From the IMG/VR virus record IMGVR_UViG_2541047719_000006: DNA of 52,113 nt. One strand, written 5' to 3'. How positions within the stretch are numbered: the stretch's first letter is position 1; each line of letters begins with the position of its first letter. The stretch comes from a virus (taxonomy: Duplodnaviria > Heunggongvirae > Uroviricota > Caudoviricetes). The translations under genes were made by a program, and so were the position numbers. The notes under the pieces were generated by a model, which saw nothing but the letters and a program-made list of their open reading frames with translations, searched no databases and was not told the DNA's origin. Positions 1-9,678 of the stretch are shown one piece after another.

Positions 1-1236
1 CTACGATAACCGCGCATTCAACATAGCTACCTGTTCGTCGTTCATGTCATCAATCCACATACCGTAAATTTCATACACCATCTGCGCAGTTTCATGCCCC
101 ATCTGGCTGGCTATAAATGCCGGGTTCGCTCCTGCCGTCAACAGCCAGCAGGCAAAAGTATGCCGCGTATGGTACGGATTACGGCGGCGAATACCAGCAC
201 GTTTTACTGCTGCATTCCACCTTGCCCCCAAACTGCTTACCGAGTAATAAGGTTTCTGTTTTCCGTTACACACCCTTGGCATGAAAACAAAATGCAGTTT
301 TTGCTTTTCGGTTCTGCCGTACTCCCGATGATAAAAGGTGATTTCGCTTTTGCGATGATGCCCGGTCAGTTTGTATTGCTCCTTCAGTGCTTCAAGAGCA
401 GGCTGCAGTAGTGTTACTGTCCGGATCCCGGCATTTGTTTTTGGGGGACCGAACATATCAAGTATCGTCAGGTTTCTTCTGACATTCACTATTCCCTTTT
501 CGAGATCCACATCCTCCCACGCCAGAGCTGCCAGTTCCCCGTGACGAAGTCCTGAGTAAACGGCAAATTTCCACAAGTTCTGGCTCTGTCCTTTTTCACT
601 TTCCATTAATGCATTGAATTCTGTTTTAGATAACGGATCAGGCTTTATTCTGTTTCGCTGTAATTTTTTTACTCCTTCAAATGGTTTGGTTGATATAAAT
701 CCCGACTGATACGCAAAACGTAACAGCGAACAGAGCAGGGCGATATAGTTATCAACTGTGCGCACGGTTCTTCCTTTTTTGTTGGATCTTGGATTATCCA
801 GGTAAAGCGTTTCTCCATGCAGCAGTTCATTCCGGTAGTTTAAGATATCGCTATAACGAATATGTGATATCGGGGTACTTTCACAAATTATTATTCTGAG
901 TGTTTTTAATTGTGATTTCGTTTTCTTCATTGTGTTTGTTGTTAACTCTGTCTCTTTAATTTTTGTCCAGATATCACAAAGCTCCCCGAACGTTTTTATG
1001 ACTCTCGTTGTCACCATTTTTGCCCCAGTGCTGGACTGGGGAAAACGTCTTAAATACTCAAATTCACCGGAGTTTATTTCATGAACTATCAGCGCTCTTA
1101 AATTTCCGGCCTTTTTAATATTACTGTTTGTAATCTCCCAGCCTTTTAATGTTTCCCGACATCGTTTTCCTCGAAACATGAACCAGATGCGAATGTATTT
1201 ACCTCGAATCTCGACACCTGTTGGTAATTTAGACAT
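1..1236 (-). CDS. intR: Tyrosine recombinase, Rac-type prophage integrase
   Basis: 411-aa ORF; C-terminal R..HxxR..Y integrase motifs (NPYHTRHTFA, MVYEIYGMW); sits at prophage end next to excisionase; ATG at 1234-1236, stop at window edge. Confidence 0.9.
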   Translation of the reverse strand: MSKLPTGVEIRGKYIRIWFMFRGKRCRETLKGWEITNSNIKKAGNLRALIVHEINSGEFEYLRRFPQSSTGAKMVTTRVIKTFGELCDIWTKIKETELTTNTMKKTKSQLKTLRIIICESTPISHIRYSDILNYRNELLHGETLYLDNPRSNKKGRTVRTVDNYIALLCSLLRFAYQSGFISTKPFEGVKKLQRNRIKPDPLSKTEFNALMESEKGQSQNLWKFAVYSGLRHGELAALAWEDVDLEKGIVNVRRNLTILDMFGPPKTNAGIRTVTLLQPALEALKEQYKLTGHHRKSEITFYHREYGRTEKQKLHFVFMPRVCNGKQKPYYSVSSLGARWNAAVKRAGIRRRNPYHTRHTFACWLLTAGANPAFIASQMGHETAQMVYEIYGMWIDDMNDEQVAMLNARLS

Positions 1237-1237
1237 A

Positions 1238-1453
1238 TCATGAGTCTTTGATAAACTGATTTATCTTTGGATAGTTGTACCAGATAATCCCTCGCTTACT
1301 GTCTGGCTTCCCTAAAGGAGATACTCGTTTGAAGTGGAAGCCTTCCACCCAACAGTTCTGGCGGTATGCTTCAATTTGTCTGGCCCCCAGACCAGTGCGA
1401 AGCATCAGGCCGTATTCAACCATCCACTCTTCATTAAAGATTACTTGTGCCAT
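1238..1453 (-). CDS. xisR: Excisionase-like protein (Rac XisR/YdaQ-like)
   Basis: Small ORF immediately upstream of int with 1-nt gap; internal ATG at 1453 preceded by GAGGTGA RBS gives 71 aa; ORF-track start at 1477 is an extension. Confidence 0.7.
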   Translation of the reverse strand: MAQVIFNEEWMVEYGLMLRTGLGARQIEAYRQNCWVEGFHFKRVSPLGKPDSKRGIIWYNYPKINQFIKDS

Positions 1454-1552
1454 CGCATCACCTCTGGCAGGCGCCAATGTTAGACTGAAATTGACGCCCG
1501 ATGTTGATTATTAATAATCAGCTATGAAGTTTTAATTTGAATACAATGCAAT

Positions 1553-1741
1553 TCACGACGACTGAAGTTTCTCGCAATTAAAATTTATCAGTTTTACTTT
1601 CTGCTCTCTGGAAACGCCTGCTTCTTTTTTACCTGAGAGCATTTTTTCGCATTCTGATTTGGTTAATTTTGTTTTTGAGTACCTTGTCCAGTTAGTAGGA
1701 GTGCCACCTTCCTTTTCAATAGTGGCGGTAATTTTATACAT
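1553..1741 (-). CDS. ydaC: YdaC-like small prophage protein
   Basis: ORF 1553..1813; start at 1741 preferred because of GGAGGTG RBS 5 nt upstream; overlaps ralR stop by 8 nt; alternative starts 1753 and 1813. Confidence 0.5.
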   Translation of the reverse strand: MYKITATIEKEGGTPTNWTRYSKTKLTKSECEKMLSGKKEAGVSREQKVKLINFNCEKLQSS

Positions 1742-1928
1742 GAACACCTCCATTATTATTTCCAGTGGTTCGTTTATTCCATCGTTCGAGTGCTTCTTTT
1801 TCACTTCCACCATAGCCGGTTCGGGATTCGCATCCGTTACACTTCGCGCGGTAATATCCTGAAATGGCTTTCACCGTTACTGATGGACAACCACAAAAAG
1901 GGCATGGTTTGACTTTTTCATACCGCAT
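1734..1928 (-). CDS. ralR: Restriction alleviation protein Lar/RalR (type I toxin in Rac)
   Basis: 64 aa from internal Met; CPFCG ... C..C zinc-ribbon-like motif typical of the Lar family; Rac position between recombination module and ydaC. Confidence 0.8.
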   Translation of the reverse strand: MRYEKVKPCPFCGCPSVTVKAISGYYRAKCNGCESRTGYGGSEKEALERWNKRTTGNNNGGVHV

Positions 1929-1991
1929 TGTCTTTTCTCTCATAAAATAAAATTTTGTGATGGCGGTGAGGCTACACCGCCAAAGTAAATA

Positions 1992-3044
1992 TCAGGAGCC
2001 GATATATTCTGGTTTCATATCTGTCAGTGTCGTTTTATACGCCTCATATAATTCACCCAGATGTGGCCGGGCAGCATTCAGCGTATTTTCCAGAGCAGTA
2101 AATTTTTGTTCTGCTTCTGGATCACCTGAAGAAGGTAGGTCATTTATCATCTTCTCGATACGGGCAATAGCATTGAGACGGTGATGACGCTGAACCACTT
2201 TTCCTTTAAGTTCCGTATAGAGAGCGCCAAGTGTATTTTTATGATCTTCCACTTCCTGGCGAAGTGCTGTTGTTTCCCCGGTGCTTTGTGCCTGCTCAAT
2301 ACGTTCACGGAAAGCATCGATCCAGTTTTCCCCGGCATCCTGCTCAATAATTGTTGTTTCACGTTCCACGCGGCAAGCGGAAGTGTTTTTATGTTCCTGA
2401 ACCGGATTAATGATTTTTTCCTGTGGCTCGTCCAGTTCGTCCCTGGTGTACACTCCAAGAATCACTTCGGGGCAATAAAGGCGCGCCCAGCGTTTCAGCG
2501 CCAGATAGGCAAGCTGCTGGCGAGGATCGTCGGCCCATAGCGTTGAATTACGTGTTCTGGCCTGCGCCAGAAGTAATTCCAGTACGCGTGGTTTACTTTC
2601 GCCGCGTAGTGTTGCCTGGACACGAACACCGATCCCGTTTTCATCGGCCAGCTTCCAGCCAGGTACACGATATTCTTTCCCTTTGTCGCTCTTCCTGATT
2701 TCAAATTTCCCGATAATTTTTTCCCACGGCCCGAACCAGTCATATTCAATACGCCCGGTTAGCGGCCCACGAGTACTGATTACGGCATTAACCAGTTGCG
2801 CTTCATATCCGAGCACACCATTCACAACGAAAGTTTTCTGAGCTACTGCGTAAGGGTTCATTTGCCACTGCATCGCCTGCATGGTGATGGCCATGCAGTC
2901 TGATGGATTTCCCCGGAGGTGTTCCGGTACAGTAGCCATGCCGGAAGCCATTACCTGGGAAAATGTCTGAATTGCAGCCAGGGACTGAGGGCTGAAAACC
3001 GCAACATTAGAGTTAATATTTTCTTGTTGAGTTAATTCGTTCAT
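1992..3044 (-). CDS. Single-strand annealing protein, Redbeta/RecT superfamily
   Basis: 350-aa ORF directly downstream of the exonuclease gene; segment QMNPYAVAQKTFVVNGVLGYEAQLVNAVI resembles lambda Bet GLNPW...VVGVDGW core; GAGGAAGG RBS; not the K-12 RecT sequence. Confidence 0.6.
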   Translation of the reverse strand: MNELTQQENINSNVAVFSPQSLAAIQTFSQVMASGMATVPEHLRGNPSDCMAITMQAMQWQMNPYAVAQKTFVVNGVLGYEAQLVNAVISTRGPLTGRIEYDWFGPWEKIIGKFEIRKSDKGKEYRVPGWKLADENGIGVRVQATLRGESKPRVLELLLAQARTRNSTLWADDPRQQLAYLALKRWARLYCPEVILGVYTRDELDEPQEKIINPVQEHKNTSACRVERETTIIEQDAGENWIDAFRERIEQAQSTGETTALRQEVEDHKNTLGALYTELKGKVVQRHHRLNAIARIEKMINDLPSSGDPEAEQKFTALENTLNAARPHLGELYEAYKTTLTDMKPEYIGS

Positions 3045-3055
3045 TGTGTCCTTCC

Positions 3056-6000
3056 TCAGATGCTCAGTGCTTCAAGACGACGAAGATCAAAGTCGTTTAA
3101 TTCGTCGGTATAACTTTCGGTAATCGGTGCTGGCCAGTTGTTTGTCTCCAGGGCTTCGTTTATCTGGCGTAGCGTCCGGCGATATTCCTGTCGACCAAGT
3201 TCCAGGAGTTCCTGCGAGGCTTCCACGACTGCCACCCAGTGATAGCCAGCATCTTTGTTGACGAAGATCCAGAAAAATTTGTCCAGATTTGCCACATCGC
3301 AATACATTGCTGCGCTGAGGTGATAATCACGCTCAATAATTTCACGGTGCAGGCGATCTTTCAGTCGTTCCTGTCGCACATAACCGAGGCTGACTGACTT
3401 CACGTCGGCGCAAATGCTTTCGTATGGCAGCCGGATTTCGATATCAGGACGGACCCTGATTTCCAGCCCGGTTTCTTCATCAAACCCGAAATAGCTGATT
3501 TCAGATTTGCGATCCGGGTGGTTGAGTAGCCTTGCTGCATCAGTATTGTTTTGCAGTGCAGCGTGAATATTTTTTGCCTGTTCATACATATCTGAACTGA
3601 TAAACGTTTTCCCGGCGTTTTCTTCTTGCTGGCGTTTTTGCCAGTCCTCCAGGGTAACCAGTTCCGGGCGGATTTTCCGAGCGATTTCGGTTAATTGCTC
3701 TTTCGTGCCACTGATGTTGTAAGGCAAAGATTTAGCACGTTCTTTTTTCGCCAGTTCTGGATCTACAGTTTCAATTTGCTCCAGAAGTTGCTCCCGTGTT
3801 CCACTGGTTTTCAACAGAGGAGGGAGGTTTGCATTGTATTCTCTAATGCAGGCTTTCATTGCCGATGCAGTATGTTTCTCCTCCTCCGGAATACGCCGGA
3901 ATTCCACCGGAAGCGAACCGTAAAGGATGCCTGTTTCTTCGGCTCCAGCACTTACAGACAGTGGCTGTATAGGAGTGCTGTTGTAGCTTTCGATCCACTC
4001 TTTCATCTGCTCTGGTGTCATCAGTGCTGGCAGACTGGCATTGTGTTTTTTAATGATGGCGATCAGTTCGCTAGAAGTAGTAACCACATATTCAGGAACT
4101 GGTACCGGAATGGCATATTCATCAGCGAATTTATCCGTTTCCAGAACATAGCTGTGAATGATCCGCCCACGCAGCAGTGCATCACTTTCCTCGTTCGGAA
4201 TAGTTCCGGCAATGTGCCGTCCGTGGTAATACATCAGGCTGATACGGGCATCCTTCAGCATCGTGCTGCTTATTCCGTTGGCGGAGTGATAAACCTCGTT
4301 CGGGAGGTTTTCATAGCGGCCAGGCTCGAAATATGACGGCCACATGATTTCAGTTGCTACAGGAGCTGACGCTTCACCAGTTTCATCACTGCAATCACGA
4401 TGCGGATCGCTGCCAGCATTCTCATTGTGCGGATGTTCAGCGCCTTCCATTTCCACCGGATCTTTTTCCTTAGCTTCAACCTGATTCTCTTCATCGAATG
4501 TTTCCTGGTATGTTGCGTCGCCCGTCACCGCCCCACAGTCAGGGCAGTTATCTCCGCCAGTCTGACCGCAGGCATTGCAGACTATTTCCGGTTCCTGTTG
4601 CACTACTGGCTCAGGTTGTTTCACATCCGGGCTGGTTTTTTCCGTTTCTGGCTGGTTCTGGTACACAGAATCGCGAGTCTGGATCCCCTTAACCCATTTC
4701 GGATCGTTCGGGTCGCTAATTCCGTCAACAAATTCACCACGTGATGCAGCAAGCAATTTATCGGCATCGACAGGATTTTTTGATGGAATGTTTTTCCGGG
4801 CTTCATGGAGTTCTGCCCGCAGTTCCTGATATTTCGCATCAACAGAATTTACCTGTGACTGAGCATCCAGCGGCTGCGTGTCCTGATGATGTTTAGTTGC
4901 GTCCGGTTCCATTGTTTCAGCCTCTCCCTGTTCATCTGCCGTTGTTCCAGATGGTTGCGGTTTTTCTTCATCATCCTGTTTTCCTTCTTCTGTTACTCGC
5001 TGCGGCATCGGGGCAGAGGAGCGACCGCAGGCAATATCCACGATTTCCGGATCAGGGTTGGCATGATCGGTTTCAGTCAGTACTTTGTTCAGATATTCAG
5101 TGACGTGCGCGGGGGTGACCTCGATCCCAATTGGTGCTTCTTTTACGGACGCAACCACGATGGCGCGGGAATAATCCAGCCCGCCAGGCATGGTGATGAA
5201 TTTGTCGCGGAAAACAGAAAAGGGCGGTTTATTTTCAGCGATAATTTCCTCAATGCGTTTAGCGTGTGCCGGATGAAGGTTATAGATGTCCACGTCCATT
5301 GAACGGGCCAGTACGCCAGTGGCTACGTCGCGCGCCAGTGACGTAAGATCGTGGACGAAACCTTCGCCGCGATCGGTGAGGTTCCCGCCGCCAGCATTAG
5401 CACCGGAAGCCGTGCGAGTGATGCGTGAAACACGATTACCCTTCATCCACTCTTTTGTCAGCAGTCCTCGATCGGTGTAGTCAGCGTTCAGGTATGCTTC
5501 GAAAAAAGCAGTTAACAGTCCCAAGTCTGAATTACCAGGATTAGGGAAAACTTTGTCAGTGTCACGAACCAGTTTGTGGAGATCGCGAATTTCCAGCGGG
5601 TCGAGCAGGCTGGTTTTGTGGGAAACAGCCAGGGCAGTAACAGCCGGTAGTTCTTCAGCCCGTGCAATGTGTAATGCCTGGAGTTCGCCGCGTGAAACGT
5701 GCGTTACCGGTTTTTCGCTGCCGTGTTGAGCAAGCCAACGAATGGGCAGTTCCTGGCCAGAAATTGGGAGTAGCATATTCTCCTCAATCTCAGTCATGTC
5801 TTCGCCGTTGACGTTGGTATTGCCTTGATAGTGAGCGTTGTCTGGTGCTGCTCCCGGTTTTAGTTCCCATGTCATGGAGTCTTTGCTGAGTTGATAGCGT
5901 TCACTCCAGGTAAAATCGATCTCACCTTCAGCGGGCAGGTCATTAACGACAGGAAAATTCGTGGCAACAGCTTTAAAATAGCTGCTCAGTTTTTTACCTG

Positions 6001-6127
6001 ACTTAACGATCAGGTAGTCCAGAGTGGCACAGGTCGATTCAAAATCGTCACTTGCCCACAGGACGACGTCAGGTTCACCGGATGATTTTTTCGCTTTCCG
6101 TAACAGGAAGAGTGGTTTTGTGCTCAT
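3056..6127 (-). CDS. recE: Exodeoxyribonuclease VIII (RecE-like), mosaic with divergent C-terminal nuclease domain
   Basis: 1023 aa; N-terminal ~590 aa closely match remembered K-12 RecE ([26 protein letters not shown]...); C-terminal region differs and is longer but keeps RecE-like motifs ([24 protein letters not shown]). Confidence 0.8.
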   Translation of the reverse strand: MSTKPLFLLRKAKKSSGEPDVVLWASDDFESTCATLDYLIVKSGKKLSSYFKAVATNFPVVNDLPAEGEIDFTWSERYQLSKDSMTWELKPGAAPDNAHYQGNTNVNGEDMTEIEENMLLPISGQELPIRWLAQHGSEKPVTHVSRGELQALHIARAEELPAVTALAVSHKTSLLDPLEIRDLHKLVRDTDKVFPNPGNSDLGLLTAFFEAYLNADYTDRGLLTKEWMKGNRVSRITRTASGANAGGGNLTDRGEGFVHDLTSLARDVATGVLARSMDVDIYNLHPAHAKRIEEIIAENKPPFSVFRDKFITMPGGLDYSRAIVVASVKEAPIGIEVTPAHVTEYLNKVLTETDHANPDPEIVDIACGRSSAPMPQRVTEEGKQDDEEKPQPSGTTADEQGEAETMEPDATKHHQDTQPLDAQSQVNSVDAKYQELRAELHEARKNIPSKNPVDADKLLAASRGEFVDGISDPNDPKWVKGIQTRDSVYQNQPETEKTSPDVKQPEPVVQQEPEIVCNACGQTGGDNCPDCGAVTGDATYQETFDEENQVEAKEKDPVEMEGAEHPHNENAGSDPHRDCSDETGEASAPVATEIMWPSYFEPGRYENLPNEVYHSANGISSTMLKDARISLMYYHGRHIAGTIPNEESDALLRGRIIHSYVLETDKFADEYAIPVPVPEYVVTTSSELIAIIKKHNASLPALMTPEQMKEWIESYNSTPIQPLSVSAGAEETGILYGSLPVEFRRIPEEEKHTASAMKACIREYNANLPPLLKTSGTREQLLEQIETVDPELAKKERAKSLPYNISGTKEQLTEIARKIRPELVTLEDWQKRQQEENAGKTFISSDMYEQAKNIHAALQNNTDAARLLNHPDRKSEISYFGFDEETGLEIRVRPDIEIRLPYESICADVKSVSLGYVRQERLKDRLHREIIERDYHLSAAMYCDVANLDKFFWIFVNKDAGYHWVAVVEASQELLELGRQEYRRTLRQINEALETNNWPAPITESYTDELNDFDLRRLEALSI

Positions 6128-6257
6128 TGTTTTTTAACCTCAACTCAGATTAAAATTCGTTTTGTTCAGTGAATGATCTTGCCGGATACACACTGTTCAT
6201 AGCCTGCGCCATACGCAGGCTATTTCTTTCAGATTTCACCTTTTAATTTCATTGCAA

Positions 6258-6503
6258 TCAGAGTTGCCAGAAATCCGGCTTTTTTTCTGCGGGCAGATTC
6301 TTTCCGATATGCACCAGGCTCATTTTTTTGACACCTTCGTGAAGTGTTTTAACGTTGCCTGATGGACCGTCGATATCAACTACAGTGAATGGGGTTTCTT
6401 TATTTTCTGTTTTAATCACGTAGCCAATACGCTTTCCTTCCAGATTAACTTCGTGAACAATGTCATCAGTAGTTACAACAGTGGCTTCATAACTGGTAAT
6501 CAT
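6258..6503 (-). CDS. racC: RacC-like prophage protein
   Basis: Internal ATG at 6503 with AAGGAG RBS gives MITSYEATVVTTDD...; Rac position upstream of recE. Confidence 0.6.
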   Translation of the reverse strand: MITSYEATVVTTDDIVHEVNLEGKRIGYVIKTENKETPFTVVDIDGPSGNVKTLHEGVKKMSLVHIGKNLPAEKKPDFWQL

Positions 6504-6577
6504 GTTTTTCTCCTTAATTAAGGTTGAGCGAATCCCTGCCATTGCTGGCATAAATTCAGTTTCGCATAGTCAGTTAA

Positions 6578-6748
6578 TTAAAGTTCGTGTGCCATCTGGT
6601 CTTTTTCGGCACATATTTCACTACAATATTTTTTCATTTCCGTCGTTGGGATAACTCCACGCATGAAATGAAGTGGTCTTTTAATGCTTTTGCTTTCTTT
6701 AACTTCTTTATCGCAAAGGTGGTAAGCACATTTTATTTTCTTAGTCAT
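6578..6748 (-). CDS. ydaE: YdaE-like small Cys-containing protein
   Basis: 56-aa ORF read by hand ([56 protein letters not shown]), absent from ORF track because <60 aa; start overlaps kilR stop (TGATG). Confidence 0.6.
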   Translation of the reverse strand: MTKKIKCAYHLCDKEVKESKSIKRPLHFMRGVIPTTEMKKYCSEICAEKDQMAHEL

Positions 6749-6969
6749 CACCATGACTCCGCCTTTACAGGTAAACCATCACGACCGAGGAAGACTTTAA
6801 TCATGCAGTCAGTAATGCATGTTTTTGTGGTCAGGTTACGAATATAAAGCTTTCGCTTTTTAATATTGTTTGCCGAGGCAATATATGTCCGGCCGTTATG
6901 AAGAACATAATCACCAGGAGTCACACACTGACGAGGTATTTCATCAGTTCCGAAGTGATGAGCAATCAT
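6748..6969 (-). CDS. kilR: KilR-like cell-division (FtsZ) inhibitor
   Basis: 73 aa from ATG 6969 (GGAG RBS); [24 protein letters not shown]...; position matches Rac kilR. Confidence 0.7.
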   Translation of the reverse strand: MIAHHFGTDEIPRQCVTPGDYVLHNGRTYIASANNIKKRKLYIRNLTTKTCITDCMIKVFLGRDGLPVKAESW

Positions 6970-7460
6970 AATTATCTCCATTTTCACAAATGAACTTTGT
7001 TGATGCGGTGCCTGGTGCCTCCAGGTGACGTTAACCAGTTAACAATTAACGCCGGATAATCCACCCATAACACTGATGCTTTTAACTGTTCCGCGTGCGC
7101 TTAGCCGCATTCACCGCATCACAAAATTCACTTTAAAAAGGGCGGACATCAGCCGAACTTCAAGAAAAAACTGATGCCGCCAAGACTACACACAGCAATG
7201 TCGTTATTTACAACCGGAGGCGCACTCCCACCATTTAAATTTAACAGACAAGACCGACTCTTTATGGATATCGGAAATGCGCCTTCGTGTTGCGCCCAGT
7301 TTTATTTCACCACCTCCGGGCTTCGGTGGTCTCGGCTATACCCCTACAGCGAGAGCTTGTGTTAACATTTCAATACCCTTACAGTTGAGAGTTATTGATA
7401 TGTTGGATGTATTTACTCCATTGTTGAAACTTTTTGCTAACGAGCCACATCGAAAGACTT

Positions 7461-7889
7461 ATGTATACGATTATCATTTTTGGTCTCACTCTCTGGCTGA
7501 TACCGAAAGAGTTTACTGTCGCATTCAATGCTTATACTGAAATACCTTGGCTCTTTCAGATTATCGTTTTTGCCTTTTCTTTCGTGGTCGCCATTTCCTT
7601 CTCAAGATTGCGAGCACATATTCAAAAGCATTATTCATTACTACCAGAGCAACGAGTATTGCTTCGTTTATCTGAGAAAGAAATCGCTGTATTTAAAGAT
7701 TTCCTTAAAACAGGAAATCTTATTATCACTTCTCCTTGCCGTAACCCGGTTATGAAAAAATTAGAACGGAAGGGCATCATTCAACATCAGAGTGATAGCG
7801 CAAACTGTTCTTATTATCTCGTCACCGAAAAATACTCCCATTTTATGAAGTTATTCTGGAACAGCAGGAGTAGACGTTTTAATCGTTAG
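7461..7889 (+). CDS. sieB: Superinfection exclusion protein B (SieB), possibly N-terminally disrupted
   Basis: Membrane-protein ORF MYTIIIFGLTLWLIPKEF...; the expected N-terminus MLDVFTPLLKLFANEP is encoded from ATG 7400 in a different frame, implying a 1-nt indel. Confidence 0.6.
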   Translation: MYTIIIFGLTLWLIPKEFTVAFNAYTEIPWLFQIIVFAFSFVVAISFSRLRAHIQKHYSLLPEQRVLLRLSEKEIAVFKDFLKTGNLIITSPCRNPVMKKLERKGIIQHQSDSANCSYYLVTEKYSHFMKLFWNSRSRRFNR

Positions 7890-8041
7890 CTTACTGTGTG
7901 CTTCTCCAACCATCGGCGCGCACCAGTTTCGGTTTTAAATGTTTTGCTTTTGGTATAAGTCATGGCGGTGAACGTTCCATCCTGGTTGGGGAACACGCCG
8001 CACACCATGGATTCGTTATTGCCGAGGTCGATTTTTTGCAT
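7886..8041 (-). CDS. ydaF: YdaF-like small prophage protein
   Basis: 51-aa ORF read by hand (MQKIDLGNNESMVCGVFPNQDGTFTAMTYTKSKTFKTETGARRWLEKHTVS); Rac position between sieB and ydaG; convergent 4-nt overlap with sieB. Confidence 0.5.
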   Translation of the reverse strand: MQKIDLGNNESMVCGVFPNQDGTFTAMTYTKSKTFKTETGARRWLEKHTVS

Positions 8042-8051
8042 TTTTCGCACC

Positions 8052-8186
8052 TCACATCTTGTTGTTGCGGATAGAGGCTTCTGCTTGCCAGAGATCCCAG
8101 TCGTTGCTACGTAAAGCCTGCACAGCCTGGCTGTAAGTGATACCGCAACAATCCATCAAATACTGAACTACTTCGTAATGCACCAT
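8052..8186 (-). CDS. ydaG: YdaG-like small prophage protein
   Basis: 44 aa from internal ATG 8186 (AAGGGGA RBS): MVHYEVVQYLMDCCGITYSQAVQALRSNDWDLWQAEASIRNNKM. Confidence 0.5.
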   Translation of the reverse strand: MVHYEVVQYLMDCCGITYSQAVQALRSNDWDLWQAEASIRNNKM

Positions 8187-8387
8187 CTTTTTTCCCCTTA
8201 ACGCCGGGTGGCGGAACGTTTTATCTACTGCGCTTTGTATCAATCAACAACTGCCGTCATGTTCGTATGCCTCAGGCTGGCTACTTAGCCCTGTTCAGTG
8301 GCTGGATAACTCGAGGTATTGTCCTGCCGTTCTCCGGTGGGGCGTTGTTTGGATATGCTTATTAAACACAAAGGGTTTTTGCATGTC

Positions 8388-8402
8388 AACACAAAATGTG
8401 TT
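8388..8402. promoter_or_regulatory. Inverted repeat AACACA-aaa-TGTGTT (candidate left operator)
   Basis: 6-bp arms, 3-bp spacer; near-identical repeat at 8965..8979 on the other side of racR; extra half-site AAACACAAA at 8364..8372. Confidence 0.45.
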
Positions 8403-8439
8403 TTTATGGTGGCGTGTCATATGATGATGGTACAAAAAA

Positions 8440-8462
8440 AGCCCGCTGATAGCGGGCTGATT
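8440..8462 (-). terminator. Rho-independent terminator downstream of racR
   Basis: On minus strand GCCCGC-tatca-GCGGGC followed by TTTTTTT. Confidence 0.55.
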
Positions 8463-8488
8463 GGCATATTACTGTGATAGCAAGATCA

Positions 8489-8908
8489 TTACTCCGGTGG
8501 GGGGGTATCTTTAAGCCTGCCCCTCAAATATTTTTCTACATACTCGTCGATTTCTTTTAGCCGGACTTCAAATAGCTCAATCATTCGTTGTTGTTCTGAG
8601 CCCGGTAGCTGGTTAAACAACTCAAGAAGTTTTCGTTGGGATTCATTTAACCACAATTCAGAAGAGTCTTTTTCCCCAAAGAGGAGCTCAGGAGGAGATA
8701 TGCCCAGCGCCTTTCCCAGGACGACAGCATCATGCACTCCAACATTTCTGCTGCCCGCCTCATAGTTACCTATACGCGATTGCGTCCATCCGCAGATTTC
8801 AGCAAGTTTTCCTTGAGATAAACCAAGCTTCTGCCTGCGCTCTTTAAGACGCATTGCAATTTTGTCATTGAGCCTACTAGCGGCAATTTTTTCGTTTTCT
8901 TTTTCCAT
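8489..8908 (-). CDS. racR: Prophage repressor, HTH XRE family (RacR-like)
   Basis: 139 aa with HTH segment LGLSQGKLAEICGWTQSRIGNYE; divergent from ydaS as in Rac. Confidence 0.75.
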   Translation of the reverse strand: MEKENEKIAASRLNDKIAMRLKERRQKLGLSQGKLAEICGWTQSRIGNYEAGSRNVGVHDAVVLGKALGISPPELLFGEKDSSELWLNESQRKLLELFNQLPGSEQQRMIELFEVRLKEIDEYVEKYLRGRLKDTPPPE

Positions 8909-9004
8909 TTCGTCCTTGTATCACGAATCGTGATTTATATAAAACACAAAATAGCTTGACCGTAAAACACAAGGTGTGTTTAAAATTGTCGTCGGAGGTT
9001 TTTA
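8909..9004. promoter_or_regulatory. Divergent racR/ydaS promoter-operator region
   Basis: Palindrome ATCACGA-A-TCGTGAT at 8920..8934; inverted repeat AACACA-agg-TGTGTT at 8965..8979; TTGACC (8955..8960) with TAAAAT/TTTAAA -10 candidates; GGAGG RBS before ydaS. Confidence 0.5.
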
Positions 9005-9247
9005 ATGAACAAAATTTCAACATATCGAAAACAACTTGGTCTGTCTCAAAGACAACTCGCTGTTCAGCTAGGGTGGATACAAAGCCGACTGGCAAATTAC
9101 GAAGCAAATTTTCGTACCCCTGGGCTAGAGGAGTGCAGAAAAATTGTTTCCACCCTTAATCGGCTTGGTGCTCATTGTGGACTTGACGATGTATTCCCCC
9201 CAGACGGTAAGCATAGCGAAAACAGCATAGGAGCGGTTGATTCATGA
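9005..9247 (+). CDS. ydaS: Cro-like HTH regulator YdaS
   Basis: 80 aa; HTH LGLSQRQLAVQLGWIQSRLANYE; GGAGG RBS; first gene of rightward early operon. Confidence 0.75.
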   Translation: MNKISTYRKQLGLSQRQLAVQLGWIQSRLANYEANFRTPGLEECRKIVSTLNRLGAHCGLDDVFPPDGKHSENSIGAVDS

Positions 9248-9666
9248 AAATCAGGCATGAGCACATCGAATCAGTGTTGTTAGCCCTAGCAGCCGAAAAA
9301 GGGCAGGCGTGGGTTGCTAACGCAATTACTGAAGAATATCTGCGCCAGGGGGGCGGCGAATTGCCCCTGGTACCAGGCAAGGACTGGAACAATCAGCAGA
9401 ATATCTATCACCGTTGGTTGAAAGGTGAAACGAAAGCGCAAAGGGAAAAAATTCAGAAACTGATCCCTGCGGTTCTGGCAATTCTTCCGCGCGAGCTGCG
9501 TCACCGACTCTGCATCTTCGATACCCTGGAACGCCGTGCATTACTGGCGGCGCAGGAAGCGTTGAGTACGGCAATTGATGCGCATGATGATGCAGTCCAG
9601 GCCGTTTACCGTAAAGCATATTTCAGCGGTGGCGGGTCTTCCGACGATTCTGTCATTGTTCATTAA
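9244..9666 (+). CDS. ydaT: YdaT-like early regulator
   Basis: 140 aa; start overlaps ydaS stop; Rac synteny. Confidence 0.65.
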   Translation: MKIRHEHIESVLLALAAEKGQAWVANAITEEYLRQGGGELPLVPGKDWNNQQNIYHRWLKGETKAQREKIQKLIPAVLAILPRELRHRLCIFDTLERRALLAAQEALSTAIDAHDDAVQAVYRKAYFSGGGSSDDSVIVH

Positions 9667-9678
9667 GCAAAAGTTTTC

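Noticed and set aside
94-411. 105-aa plus-strand ORF
   Set aside because: Nested antisense inside the integrase gene.
3087-5480. Numerous 60-210 aa ORFs on both strands inside recE
   Set aside because: All nested within or antisense to the 1023-aa RecE-like ORF; no independent translation signals.
6200-6222. Hairpin TAGCCTGCG-ccata-CGCAGGCTA followed by a T-rich tract, between recE and racC
   Set aside because: The T-run follows the hairpin only on the plus strand, whereas flanking genes are on the minus strand, so it is not a terminator for them; possibly a structural element, but no function can be assigned by eye.
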